A stretch of DNA of 64,000 nt from Prasinococcaceae sp. CCMP 1430. Its lineage: Eukaryota; Plantae; Prasinodermophyta. Location of the stretch: contig RQSC01000031.1 of the NCBI GenBank assembly GCA_013416795.1, forward strand, positions 171,461 to 235,460. The letters are read 5' to 3'. Both the position numbers and the translations under genes were made by a program. Numbering within the stretch: position 1 is the first letter of the stretch; every line of letters starts with the position of its first letter. This document shows, piece after piece, positions 12,777 to 24,702 of the stretch. The notes below the pieces were generated by a model. The model was given only the letters and a program-made list of their open reading frames with translations. It was not told the origin of the DNA and did not search any database.

Positions 12777-12942
12777 TGCGGTCTCGAGTCTCAAGAAGTG
12801 AGTCCGCCAGCGGCGCTATTGTCCATTCGCAGGGTGGCCCTCGTTCGCTTCGTAGCGTGTACGTACGTGCACTGCACGGCGGCGGATATCAAGCTGCGAG
12901 CTGCGCGCCAGCCGAGGTGGATCCGGGCTGGCGCAGCGCGTG

Positions 12943-15900
12943 CTATCTGCGCATGGGATCGCCTCCGCTCGTGCCGTTCAATCCCATCTTCCCGCCGCCC
13001 TTGCTTGCTGCGCTGTTCACGTGCTGAGCGCCATTCGCCATCGCGCCATTCGCCATCGCGCCATTCGCCATCGCGCCATTCGCCATCGCGCCATTCGCCA
13101 TCGCGCCATTCGCCATCGCGCCATTGGCCATGCCGTTCGGCTTGGCCACGGCAGCGCGAGCGCCCTCGCCTCCATGCCAGCTGCCGCCCATGCCGCCGTC
13201 GGCGCCCAAGACGCCCGGCGCCGGAGAAGCGGACCGCCCCGAGGCGACCTTCTTCATGCAGGCACCCTTGCTGGCCCCGCCGTTGCCCGTTGCCGCACTC
13301 CCAAGCCCACCGCCGCCGCCGAAATTGGTCAGAGCAGCCGAGAGGGCAGCATTCAGGTTGTCGCGAGTTTGGCGCTTCCGAGTGCCTTCGTCCGAAGCCC
13401 TGGCTTCGCTGCCCAGCTCGGTTTGGCTGGACAGTCTCGAGAGCACGGGGGTGGTGTTGCCGCTGCCATTGCCCATCGCAGTGTTCACGGGCGGTGGGCG
13501 CTGCACCGAACCGTTCATCGCAGCAGCGCCATTGACGCCACCATTCGCGTGCCCGTTGGGAGGCGCCCCCATCGGCAAGTGCCCGTTGGAATGGGCAGCG
13601 GGGGCGGGCTGGCTCACCGTGCGAGCAACGGCCTGCGCTAGCGGCACCGTGCTGCCGAGCTTGGAATCAATCTCGCGACGAGGGCTCAGGCCAGGATCAG
13701 CAGCACCATTCTGCATCGCGTTTGGCTGCCCCGAAGTGCGTCGACCCTCCACGCGCACGGACTCGAGCCGGGAGGTCAGGTTCGCCATCGCTTGGGCATG
13801 AGCGCTCGTCAGCTCTCCCCTGCGGCGCTCGACACCCCCCACCCGCTCCCTACGACGTGCCTCGAGATCCATGAGCAGCTTCTCCCTCTCACGGGCGAAC
13901 TCAGCCTCGATGGCCGACATCTCCGCAGCGAGCTCATCCATGCTCGCCTTGGTGTGCATCTCCAGGCTGGCCTGCTCCTCTAGAAGATGCTCCCTCGCAT
14001 CAGCCTTCCTGCCAGAGGGCTCCGTGTGCGCGCGGGCCAATGGCGACGACGCAGGCACAGGCGTCGCTGTGGCCTTGGCCGGGGGTTCGGAGCTCTGGCG
14101 CGGGGCGTCCCAATGGGACGCTGCCGCGGCGCTGGCATACGTAGCGGAATGCGGCTGCTGCAGCGCGTCCGTCGCCTGCGGCGCCGGCGAGCCGTTGGCG
14201 CTCGAAACGATGGAGGGCAAGACATTGTCCGACCGCGCCTTCGGCAGCGGGGATGTGGGCGCCGTCGCCGGCGCGGCCGCCGGCGCCGCGGTCTGTGAGG
14301 CTGCCGGCGCGGCCACGGGCGTCGCGATCGGCGAGGCCGCCGGCACTGCTGTCGGCACCGCAAGGCGCAGCCACCGGCGCGGCCGCGGCCGCGGGCGCCG
14401 GCGTGCCACTTTCGCCGGTGGCCTCCTCTTGTGCCACTTGCAGCGCATCCACCTCTTTCTGAATCTCCGTGGCAATGACAGCGATGTCGTCCGAGTTCAA
14501 AGAGAGCTCCGTCACCATCTCGCTTGCCACCTCTCCAGGCTTGTCCACATTGAGGTCGTAGTTGAAATTCACCTTGCGGCAGTGGCCATCGTGCGCGATT
14601 TTCAGCGTAAGTTTGTAGACGCCTTTCTCCATGACGCCGCGCACCCTGAAATCGCTCTTGTTGAGCGAGCTCCCACTGCGAGCAACTTGGGGTGGCTCCT
14701 CCGACGCATCGTTGTCGCTGCCGCTGCCCTCGGAGCGCGGGACGCCGCCCTTTGCGCCCGCGCCCTCAGGCTTGGTCGGAACAGATTCGTCCGCAGCCCC
14801 TTTGGCCGCGTGCACGGACGACACGGACGACACTTTGCTGACGCCATTGGAGCGAGCGCCTCCAGCAGCCGGCGCCGCGGCCGTGGAAGGCGCAGCCGCA
14901 GCCGATGGCGCGGGGGCGCTCGCGTCCGAGTCGACCTCCATGGACTCCTGGCGCGGCATTGCGGGCGGCGACGCTGAACGCGATCGTTGTTCCGCCGGCT
15001 TTGGAGGGCTGTGCCCCTCGCTGTCGGACCCGTCCGACCGCACGCCGTTCGACTCGGCCGATCGCGCGCTCTCCGTGGCCTGCTGGGCGCCCGACGCATC
15101 GCTAGGCGCGGGCCGCTCCTCCTGCGTCGGTGCCGGGCTCGGCGCCGAGGTCGGCGCCGGGCCCGGAGCGGCCTCCGGCTGGAGCGCAGGGACCTCGCTC
15201 GAGCGCGAGCTTATCGACGTCACCGAGCCCTGCCTTGCCATGTCCTTCGAGGAGGAGGCCTGCCGTGCCATGTCCTTCGAGGAGGCCTGCCGCCCCATGT
15301 CCGCAACCTTGGCAGTGCTCGCGCTGTGCTTCAGGCCGCCCTCGGCCTTTTCCTGCTTGAAGAAGGGCGCGCTCAGAAGCTCCTGCGCGCTGGGGCGCTT
15401 GTGCGCCGGCAGCAGGCACATGCGGATGAGCTCACGCGTCTCCTCGTTCTTGATCTTCTTCAGCGCCCCGGGCATCTCCCGCTTGGAGACCTTGCGGTAG
15501 ATCTGCGCCGGGTTCTCGCACTCGCTGTACGGGCACTCGTTGGTGATCAACTCCAGGAGGCACATGCCGAACGAGTAGATGTCCGCCTTCTCGTTGTACT
15601 CCTCCTCGTACAGCTCCGGCGCCATGAACTCCGGCGTGCCAAGCACAGAGTGCGCGGCTTGGGCGCGCAGCACGGTCGCCAGGCCCAGGTCGCCAATCTT
15701 CACCTCGCCCTGGTGGCCGTTGATGAAGATGTTGTCGCACTTCAGGTCGCGGTGGATGATCGGCGGCTCCTGCGAGTGGAGGTACAGCAGGCCCTTGAGG
15801 ATCTGGCGGCCCCATCCGCGCACGGCCTTGACGTCGATGCGCTTGTGCTTCTTGCGGTACACGCGCAGCGACCCGCTCGTGAAGAACTCGGTCACAAAGT

Positions 15901-16286
15901 TGACGTCGCTGGTCTCCTCGTCGATCCAGGAGTCGAAGAACTTGATCACGTTCTTGTGGTGGAGCTCCTTGAGCAGGTCCACCTCGACGCGCAGGCGCTC
16001 CATCTCCTCTTCGCGGTGCAGCAGCGACTTGACGATGATCTTGTTCCACGCGACCTCCAGGCCCTCCTCCCTGTCGAAGCCGAGGTACACCTCCTTGTAC
16101 GAGCCCTTGCCGATGACCGTGGTGGTGCGGCCGTACCGCCGCGACGGATCGAGCTCGACGTACTCATCGTCGTCGTCGACCTCGTCGTCGTCCTCCTCCT
16201 GCTGCTCCGTGTCACTCCCCGCCTCCTGCTGCTCGGCTGCCGGCCCCGACGCGTCGGCGCCGCCGGCCGCGGCGGCCTGCGCCCCG
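12943..16286 (-). CDS. WNK: WNK (With-No-Lysine) kinase with long low-complexity C-terminus; 5' end in gap; apparent 1-nt frameshift near 14362
   Basis: Motifs [32 protein letters not shown] and [12 protein letters not shown]2-like segment [22 protein letters not shown] follows. Confidence 0.9.
13028..13132 (-). repeat. 15-bp coding tandem repeat (6 perfect + 1 imperfect) encoding (MANGA)n in the WNK tail
   Basis: GCGCCATTCGCCATC repeated on the + strand. Confidence 0.95.
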
Positions 16287-16858
16287 NNNNNNNNNNNNNN
16301 NNNNNNNNNNNNNNNNNNNNNNNNNNNNNNNNNNNNNNNNNNNNNNNNNNNNNNNNNNNNNNNNNNNNNNNNNNNNNNNNNNNNNNNNNNNNNNNNNNNN
16401 NNNNNNNNNNNNNNNNNNNNNNNNNNNNNNNNNNNNNNNNNNNNNNNNNNNNNNNNNNNNNNNNNNNNNNNNNNNNNNNNNNNNNNNNNNNNNNNNNNNN
16501 NNNNNNNNNNNNNNNNNNNNNNNNNNNNNNNNNNNNNNNNNNNNNNNNNNNNNNNNNNNNNNNNNNNNNNNNNNNNNNNNNNNNNNNNNNNNNNNNNNNN
16601 NNNNNNNNNNNNNNNNNNNNNNNNNNNNNNNNNNNNNNNNNNNNNNNNNNNNNNNNNNNNNNNNNNNNNNNNNNNNNNNNNNNNNNNNNNNNNNNNNNNN
16701 NNNNNNNNNNNNNNNNNNNNNNNNNNNNNNNNNNNNNNNNNNNNNNNNNNNNNNNNNNNNNNNNNNNNNNNNNNNNNNNNNNNNNNNNNNNNNNNNNNNN
16801 NNNNNNNNNNNNNNNNNNNNNNNNNNNNNNNNNNNNNNNNNNNNNNNNNNNNNNNNNN
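16287..16858. other. Assembly gap
   Basis: N run. Confidence 1.
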
Positions 16859-19000
16859 GCGCGCGCCGCGACGCACCGCGCCGCGCACCGCCGCGCACCG
16901 CCGGAAAAAAAAAATCAAAATCCGCGCGCGCGCGCGGCGCCCGCGGCGGCTGTGCCTGTGATGGGTCGGAAAATCGGAATGGCCGCCGGCTGCGAGGACG
17001 ACGAGGAAAAGAGACGCCCGTCTTTTTTCCTCGGCCGGCCCGGAAGCATCCTCCCGTCCGTTCGCGGACGCGACGCCGATTTTGATTTTGATTTGACAGA
17101 TTTTGATCGATGGGCAGTTTGATGGCGCTGCGTGTCGTGTCCGTTTGTTTGTCTGTTTGTTTGTTCGTTGTGGTGCGTGCTGATTTGGGGTTGGTTGGAT
17201 GCGGCGCCGGCCGGCCGCTTCCATCTCCAAACCAAAAAAAAAAAAGCAATGCCGGGCTGCACCGGAATCGAATGATGGGAAATCCCAGTCTTTTTCTGCT
17301 CCCACCTGCCCGCATGCTGCGGCTGGGTGGCTGGACGTCCGTCCGCTGCTTCGCTGGATGTTTTCCCCATCCCTCGCGCGCGCGCCCTCGCGCCGTCGTC
17401 GCGCGCGCGTCGCGCGCGTTCCCCCATCCGCGCCGGGGCTCGCGCGGGCGCGTCCGCGGGCCGCGCGCCGCTCCAAAACCAAAAAAAAAAAGCAAACAGA
17501 CCCTCTCCCAACCGCAGCAAACCCGAATGACGCCCACGCTCGCAGCGCGCCCAGCCAGCGCGCAAGAAAATGGGTGATGCATTTACTATAAGGTCAAATG
17601 TACCCACGGGATAGTAGTATATTCATAAACGCCGCTCCGGCTCGGGCCGCAACCCCTAACGCCCGACCGCCCCGTTCGAGCGTTTCGCCGGCCTCAAACC
17701 TGGCCTTTCCGCGCCCGCGAACGGCGGGCCTGCGGCTCCCTCCGTTTCCGGATCGTTTCCCCCCTCCGCGGCGCCCCGCCCGCGGCCCCCGCAAGCGCCT
17801 CTCGCAGGCCGACTTTAACCCTAATGCTCATCCGGCAGGGGGCCTCCCTCGCCCCCCGCCATCCAAACGTCGGGACCCTCGGATCTCCCGTGGGTTCCCT
17901 TTCCGTGGTTTTCACAGCCACGACTAAGCCCGCGCGGGCGGACGTTTTTCGCGGATGGGCGGGACGCGCGTTCTGATCCGGCGGGGGCCCTTCCCTGCCG
18001 CGGGCTTTTCATCGCCAGTCCTTGGCGCTGACCGAGCGGAACACCCGGTTTTGGAGGTTTTTTCGGCGGACGCGTCGTTCGGACCCGCGCGCGCGCTCGC
18101 GGATCCGTCTGTGGGTCCGCGGCGGCGGCGTCCAGGGCACCCCGCTCGCGCCCCGCCCACGCTTTTTCGGATGAGCGTGTGGGGTCGCGCCGCACACCGC
18201 GCGCGCACGCGCGGCGGTGAGCCCCTCGCAGGGCGACGCGCGGCGCGGACGAGCCCGCCGCCGAGTCCACCGCCGAGTCTGCCACCGAGCCCGCCACCGA
18301 CTTTTTTCTTTCAAATTTCTTTTTTTTTCCGCGCGCGCGCTGCGCGCGCCGTCCCGCGGCGCTCGCTGAGCACCCCTCCCCCCCATGTCCCGAGGCGCTC
18401 CCAGCCGCGCACGCGGCGCACGTGGGAGCCCTCGGGACGCAACCGCGTATCGATTCGCGGCTCGCCGGGGCAAACTCGGAACGAGCGAAACTCCTCACGA
18501 ACGCGCTCGCTCGCCTGGCTCGGCGGTCGGTATGAAGTAGGAAGGTCGGCTTCCGCACCGCGGGGCGGGGCCGTACAGACGCCGATCGATCGATCGATCG
18601 AGACACCTGTCTGGTTGGCTGGTGGCGTGCCCTTTCGCTCGTCAATGAACTTTTCAATCATGGAAAGCGCCGCGTGTGTGGAGAGCAGCATCGGTGTATC
18701 GACGACCGATTGGAAACCGCCGATGCGACGAGACGGAAATCGTCCAGCTGTCGGCTCGGTGCGCGGCCGGCGGCGGCGGCGGGGTGGAGGATGGGGTGGG
18801 GCGCGGAGCGGAGACGATGAGCTGGCGGAGCGGGGCGCGTGCGGGCGAGCGCCGCGCGCGTGTGGCGGGTGCGGGCGCCTCAGCCAGGCCGCGGCGCGCG
18901 GCCGCCCGCAGTCTGCCGCTCCGCACACACCGATGAGCGATGCGGCCCGGCAGTTGAGAACTTTGAGTCGATTATTATGTGTTGATCCGGGCGCCATCAA

Positions 19001-20537
19001 TCAGTACGGGCTGGGGTCGGTGGGCATCTCGTCGTCCTCGAGGAGCCTCTTGTTTCGCACGTCGATGCCAGCGTACATGAGCGCGTCGCACGCCCACTTC
19101 GGCGCGTCGCCCTTGGGGTACATGACGTCCATGTAATTGAGCACGTAGTCTCCGAAGGAGCCGTCCAGGATGGCCTCGTGCATCTCGCGCGTCAGGCGCT
19201 GCGTGTACGCGATGTTGTGGATGGTGAGCAGCTGCGAGGCGATGGTCTCCTTGGTGGCGGTGGAGTGCAGGAAGGCGCGCGTGTAGTTCTTGCAGCACAG
19301 GCAGTCGCAGTCCTCGTCCACGGGCCTCTGGTCATTCTCGAACTCGGCCCGCTTGAGGTTGAGCAGGCCGCCCGGCACGAGCGCCGAGCCAAAGCGCGCC
19401 GTTCGCGTGGGGTACACGCAGTCGTACATGTCCGCGCCCAGCGCGGCGCACACCACCATGTCCAGCGGGTAGCCCACCCCCATCACGTACCGCGGCTTGT
19501 GCTCCGGCAGGCGCGACAGGCAGTGCTCCACCACCGTCCAGAACGACTGCTTGTCCTCGCCACCGGCGAGGCCGCCCACGGCGTATCCCGGCAGGTTCTC
19601 GTCGCGCGCGATCAGCCCGTCCATGCTAATGTCGCGCAGCCGGCGGTTCAGCCCCCCCTGCACGATGCCGAAGAGCGCCTGCTCCTTCGGCCGCGCGTGC
19701 GCGGCGATGCACCTGTCGATCCACCGCGTGGTGCGGTGTGTCGCCTCCTCGAAGCGTTCCTCCCCGGTGTGCACGCTGCTCACCACGTCGTCCAGCGCCA
19801 TGATGATGTCCGCGCCGATGGCGTTCTGAATTCGGATGCTCTCCTCGGGCGTGAGCAGCTTGCGCTCGCCGTCCACGGGGCTCTGAAACGTCACGCCCTC
19901 CTCGGTCACGTCGGCGAGGTGCAGCAGGCTCACCATCTGGAAGCCGCCGCTGTCGGTGAGCATGCCGCGCTTCCAGTTCATGAAGTTGTGTAGGCCGCCG
20001 AACCTGCAAAGCGCGCGCAGGCCGGGCGTCATCGCGCAAGCGAGCGAGCGCGAGGGCAGCGTAGGGACAGCGCATCGTCAGCGCAACGTGCGGCCAAGGG
20101 CCCCCCAAGCGGAGGCGGCGGCGCCGCGCGCTCCTCTCCTCCGCATCAGCCAGGCCGGGTGGCCGCGCGCGCGAACGCACTCCGCCAGGAGCTCCGGCCC
20201 GGGCCTATTGCCCAGGTGGTACGTGTTGCCGAGGATGACCTGACAGTTGAGGTCCTCGAGCTGCTTGGAGCTGAGTGCCTTGACGGTCCCCTGCGTGCCC
20301 ACGGGCATGAACATCGGCGTGCGGCACACATAGTGCGGAAGCACGAGCTCGGTCGCGCGCGCGCGCCGCCAGCGGCCGAGCACGCGCAGCACGGCGGCAG
20401 CGGCGGGCGCCGCGGAGCGCCCCAGGCGCGCCCCCCGCTGCGCCTCTGCCGCCCGCCCCGCCGATGTGCACGCAGGGCGCAGCCGCCGCTCCCCCCCCCC
20501 CAAGCCAGGCCAGGAGCAAGCGTGAGCGCGACTTCAT
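19001..20537 (-). CDS. QTRT1: Queuine tRNA-ribosyltransferase catalytic subunit; intron 20004-20180; probable homopolymer indel at 20491-20501
   Basis: Motifs TPMFMPVGTQGTVK, GNTYHL, LTDSGGFQMVSL, GIVQGG, PRYVMGVG, DCVYPTR and the Zn site CDCLCC...HN. Confidence 0.95.
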
Positions 20538-21091
20538 GGTTCGGGTTGAAGGAAATGGGTCATCTTCATAAACCCTGAATTTCGCGTGATCAAAACGCAC
20601 GCGTGCTCGTGCCGAACGATTGTCCGCTTTTCCAAATGATTCCGATTGCACGCGTCCTCATATCACAAATCGCAGTATATCCCTCGAAATTCAGTCCATC
20701 CGTGATTCTTTGTGTGGATGATGCGGATGCACGATCCAATTGCGCCGAGCGGCGGCCGTCGCGTGCGATTTGATGGCTCGCGAGCGGCGAATTGACCGAT
20801 GGCCCCGATGGCGATGGACCACACACACAGCGCGCGCGTGGCGCCGCTGTGCGCGCAGCCACCACCCTCCCCCCGCCCCCCCTTGCCTCCCCCCGCAAAC
20901 CCGGTGGAGTGCGCCTTACCCCCCGCATCCCGCGGCGCGGCGCGGCGCGCGCGGCGCAGGGGGGGGGAGAGTGGGGCTCTCTCCCTGCGGCGCGCGCGCG
21001 CGCAGCAGGCGGCTCACGCGCGCACGCACACGCGCAAACACGCACACTCCCGCGGGTCGTGGCATCCAGGCAGGCTGGCCGCCTCTACGGC

Positions 21092-22912
21092 ATGGTCGCG
21101 GGGTCGGAGGCGGCGTCTGAGATGGACGGCGAGCGCGAGGTGCTGGAGGAGGTTGTGAAGGTGCGGGCATGCGGCGCGTGGTTCGCGGTGGGGGGGCGAG
21201 GCGCGCGCAGAGGGGGCCTGTGCTGATGCTCGAGGCGCGCGGACTGCATGCGTTGCGGCCCGCTCCTGCAGGAGCTCAACCAGAAACTGCGCTCGTTGCA
21301 CTTGCGCGACGACGCGCTCGAGGAGCGCTTGGCGACTCTGGAGGCGGAGCTGAAGGCCGAGCGCGCGACGAGTACGAGGCTGCGCAGCGCGCTGGAGGCT
21401 GCTGGCGGGGGAGACGCTGCCGCCACAAGCGGCAGCGGTGGCGCCGAGCTCAGGGCGCCCGCACTGCTCGGTGCAGAGTGCCACCGGGGAGCACGATTCA
21501 GTGCTGCGGTCATCGGCGTGCCTGCGGACTCGCCTGCAATCGAGCTCGGCCTCCTCGCCGCGCGAATCACCCCGGAGAACTTCGTCGGCCTGCGCGCCGT
21601 CCCCGAGCTGCCGCCTCAGCCTGCATCCCAGAGCAACTCGAACGCTGGCGCTGGGGCCAGCGCGCACGCGCGCGACTTCGCCTCCAGCAGCTTGGGCAAG
21701 GCGCTTCACCGCAGGTTGCCGTCGGGCGAGCTCGACCTCTTCGGCGGTGGGAGGGGCGGCGCGCAGTTCGTCGCGAGCGCCAGTGGCGGAATTGATCTCT
21801 CGCAGGGTGTCCCGCCCGGTGCAGCCGCGTTCGAAATCATGTGGAAGGACATGCTGGACGGCAGCACCTCGGCGGCGACGCCAACGCTGCAGCGCGCGAC
21901 TATCGTTGCTAACGCCGTGCTCGGTGCCGCCGTGCGGGCGAGAGTCAATGCGTGGTCAGAGGAGGCACTCGACAGGCTCACCGGATCGATTGGGGGGGGT
22001 GACGCTTTGGGAGCGGGTTTGGGAGCGGGTGGGAGCTCCAGCGCCGCGGCGGCTGCCGCCGTCTCGTCGCAGCAGCCGGGGTCGGCTGCTGGTGCCGACG
22101 CCGACGAGTGGGTCGACGTCGCCGACTCGAGCGGCGGACGGCAGTCGCAGCCACTGGCGCGTGCGGATGCCGTGGCTGCTGATGGCAGATCACCGGTCGA
22201 CCCGCCTGACGAGGTCTGCGGGGTGCACGCCGACAAAAATGGCACGGCGCACGAGCGCGCGGGATCGCTCGAGCAGCCGCCGCCCCGTCAGATAGAGCGC
22301 GCGAACAGCCTGCTTGGCTCCACGGCAAGGCCGCTCGTGGCTGACCCGGGCCTCCCTGCCCCGAAGGGCGTCGAGTCGTCAGTGATTCTGTCGAAGTCCC
22401 ACGCGGCCGCCCTGCGCGCGGCATTGCCGCCCGTGCTGCGGCTGTGCGAGGGGTGGACGCTGCTGTACTCGACCAAGCAACATGGCATCAGCCTGCAGAC
22501 GCTGCTGCGTCGCAACACCGACAGCGGGGTGGGGTGCGGAAATAACACCGGCAAGGGCGCGGCGCTCACGGTGGTGCGCGATGCTGGCGGGGCGGCGTTC
22601 GGCTGCTTCACCTCGGAGCGGTGGCGCACAAACCAGCAGAGGTACTACGGCGACGGGCAGTCTTTCGTCTTCACGTTGCTGCCGCACCCCGTGGCCCACT
22701 TCTGGACGCGGCGAAACAACTACTTCCAACTGGCGGACGCGGAGTCGGTAGCGTGTGGGGGGGGCGGTGGCTGGGCGCTCTGGCTCGACGGCGAGCTCAG
22801 CCATGGCAACAGCGGCTATTGCGACACGTTCGGCAACGGGTGCCTGGCCTCAGCCGAGAGCTTCGAGATCGCGCACGTTGAGGTCTACGGCTTCGACGAC
22901 TCGCTTTGCTAA
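21092..22912 (+). CDS. TLDc-domain (OXR1-like) protein with N-terminal coiled coil; intron 21161-21271
   Basis: Motifs WTLLYSTKQHGISLQTL, FGCF, YYGDGQSFVF, GGGGGWALWLD and CDTFGN. Confidence 0.9.
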
Positions 22913-23067
22913 TATCTGAAGTTGTATGCGCGGCGTGCACCGGCCCGCGTGCGCCCTCGCACGTGCGCGCAAGAGCGTCCGCGCTCCAGAGGTGGGATTC
23001 GTGGAGGGAGAGTGGGGCATGCGTCCCTGAGGCGACAGCCACGGGGCATGCGAACCCAAGCTCTTGC

Positions 23068-23876
23068 TTACAACCGTCCGCGCTTGACGAGCAGCTCGTA
23101 GTGGTTAGACCCGTTGTACAGGAGCTTGACCGTCGCTTTCTTGGCCGCGTACGAGGTCCCGTACTCCTGGATAGGCCTGAAGCCTTCCCCGAGCTTGTTG
23201 CTCTTCATGTACACCGTGATGGGCTGCTTGAGCATGCGCGAAATGACGAGCAGCTCAGCCTCGCCTCCCCAGAACGTGTTCTGCACAACGCGCTGGCAGT
23301 AGTTCGGCAGCGTGTCCTGCGTTGGCAACGTGCAGTGAGAAGGGTGGCCGGCGAGACAAGCAGAGGCGAACCCAATGGCCAGTGACGGCGGGATCGGTCA
23401 GTGGCGATGGCGAGCGAGCGGAGCGCGTGTGGTGGCAGGGAGAGGCGTGCGGCACCAGACCCAGGCGCACCAGCGAGTCTCACTGTGGAGAGCGGCTCAC
23501 CTCTGACTTGATGGCCATGAGCGCCTCCGGGTATTTCTCGCGGCGCTCGGCGCTCGCGCAGATCGTCTCGGCCACAGCCATGCGCAGCAGGTCGGCCTGC
23601 TTCTCCTCGTCGCTGCTGAAGAGCTTCTTGCCCTTGACTAGCGCGAGGCCCTGCACGATAGCCCGAAACATGCAGCGCCCATCGCCCTTGATGGAGACGA
23701 TTCGCAGCGTCTCGCGCTTCGCTTTTGCCGGCACCGCCTCCGTCGCCTCCTCCGCCCTTGCGATCGCCGCGAGCGCCGCGCCGCGCGGCGCCGAGCGCCG
23801 CACGGCGCCCGAGGCTGTCGCCCGGCGGCGCGACGGCCGCCCGCGGCGTCGCCGCCATTGCTGCTGCCTCGCCCAT
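23068..23876 (-). CDS. OTU-family deubiquitinase; intron 23317-23500; N-terminus needs a 1-nt frameshift near 23783
   Basis: Catalytic motifs GDGRCMFRA, FWGGEAEL and NHYELL. Confidence 0.88.
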
Positions 23877-24702
23877 CTCGCGCTCCGCGCCGAGCCCCCC
23901 TCCGCTTGGTCCCGGACGTCCGCGCCCTATCGACCCCGCACCGCCAAGCGACCTGAGACGCCGAGGCGACTTGCGACCGCGGTGTGACGCGCCCCCACTG
24001 TCGCCTGACCCTCCCTTCACCCCCCCACCCCACCCCACCCCCCTCGTGGGAGTGTGTGTGTTGGGCTACGAGGCCCAGCGCGCGCGCTCGCGGGGTTTTG
24101 TTCCAGATCGCGCGGTGGCCAGGCAGGAGAGCGCGCCGCCGACCGCAGCCGATCCCCAGATGTTCGAAAGAGCATCCGAAAACCGGGCTTGGTGCATTGG
24201 ATGAATCCGCGGCTGACCCGGGGAAGACCGCGCCCCACCAGATCTACCACCATGATGGTACCGAGCTCACCCCCCATCCGCGCGTGCGGAACGAACCTAA
24301 AGTCGCGCGCCCGCCCACCACGCGCGCAGCGAAGCCCACTGACGATGACGTCATATTTCCCGACGGGCGATCACGCTGGTGCTGAAGAATAGACCTGCTC
24401 CGTGCTCACGATCGACGCGTGGAATCCCGGAATCCGAACGCCACGATGCGCACCGACAAAAAAGGGCACATCACATGACACGTGTGAGATGTGCGTGTGC
24501 GCGTAAATACAAACCGGGGGGGGGGGAGAGCAGTCGGGGCGGAACATGTAAGGGCAGGCGGTTACGCGCGCGCGCGCGCGCGCTCTCGCTTCACATCGCG
24601 GCGGGAGTGCGCGCTGGGTGGGCGCTGGGCGTGCGCGAGGCACAGCTGCGGCAAGCGTTCGCCCCAGTTTCGCGCGGCGGGCGCACCGTGGGTGGCGGCG
24701 GC

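Noticed and set aside
13028-13132. Tandem repeats as a CRISPR array
   Set aside because: No spacers, in-frame coding repeat, eukaryotic context and no cas genes.
16040-16120. Missing beta-3 lysine in the kinase
   Set aside because: This is the defining normal feature of WNK kinases (Lys in GxGxxK).
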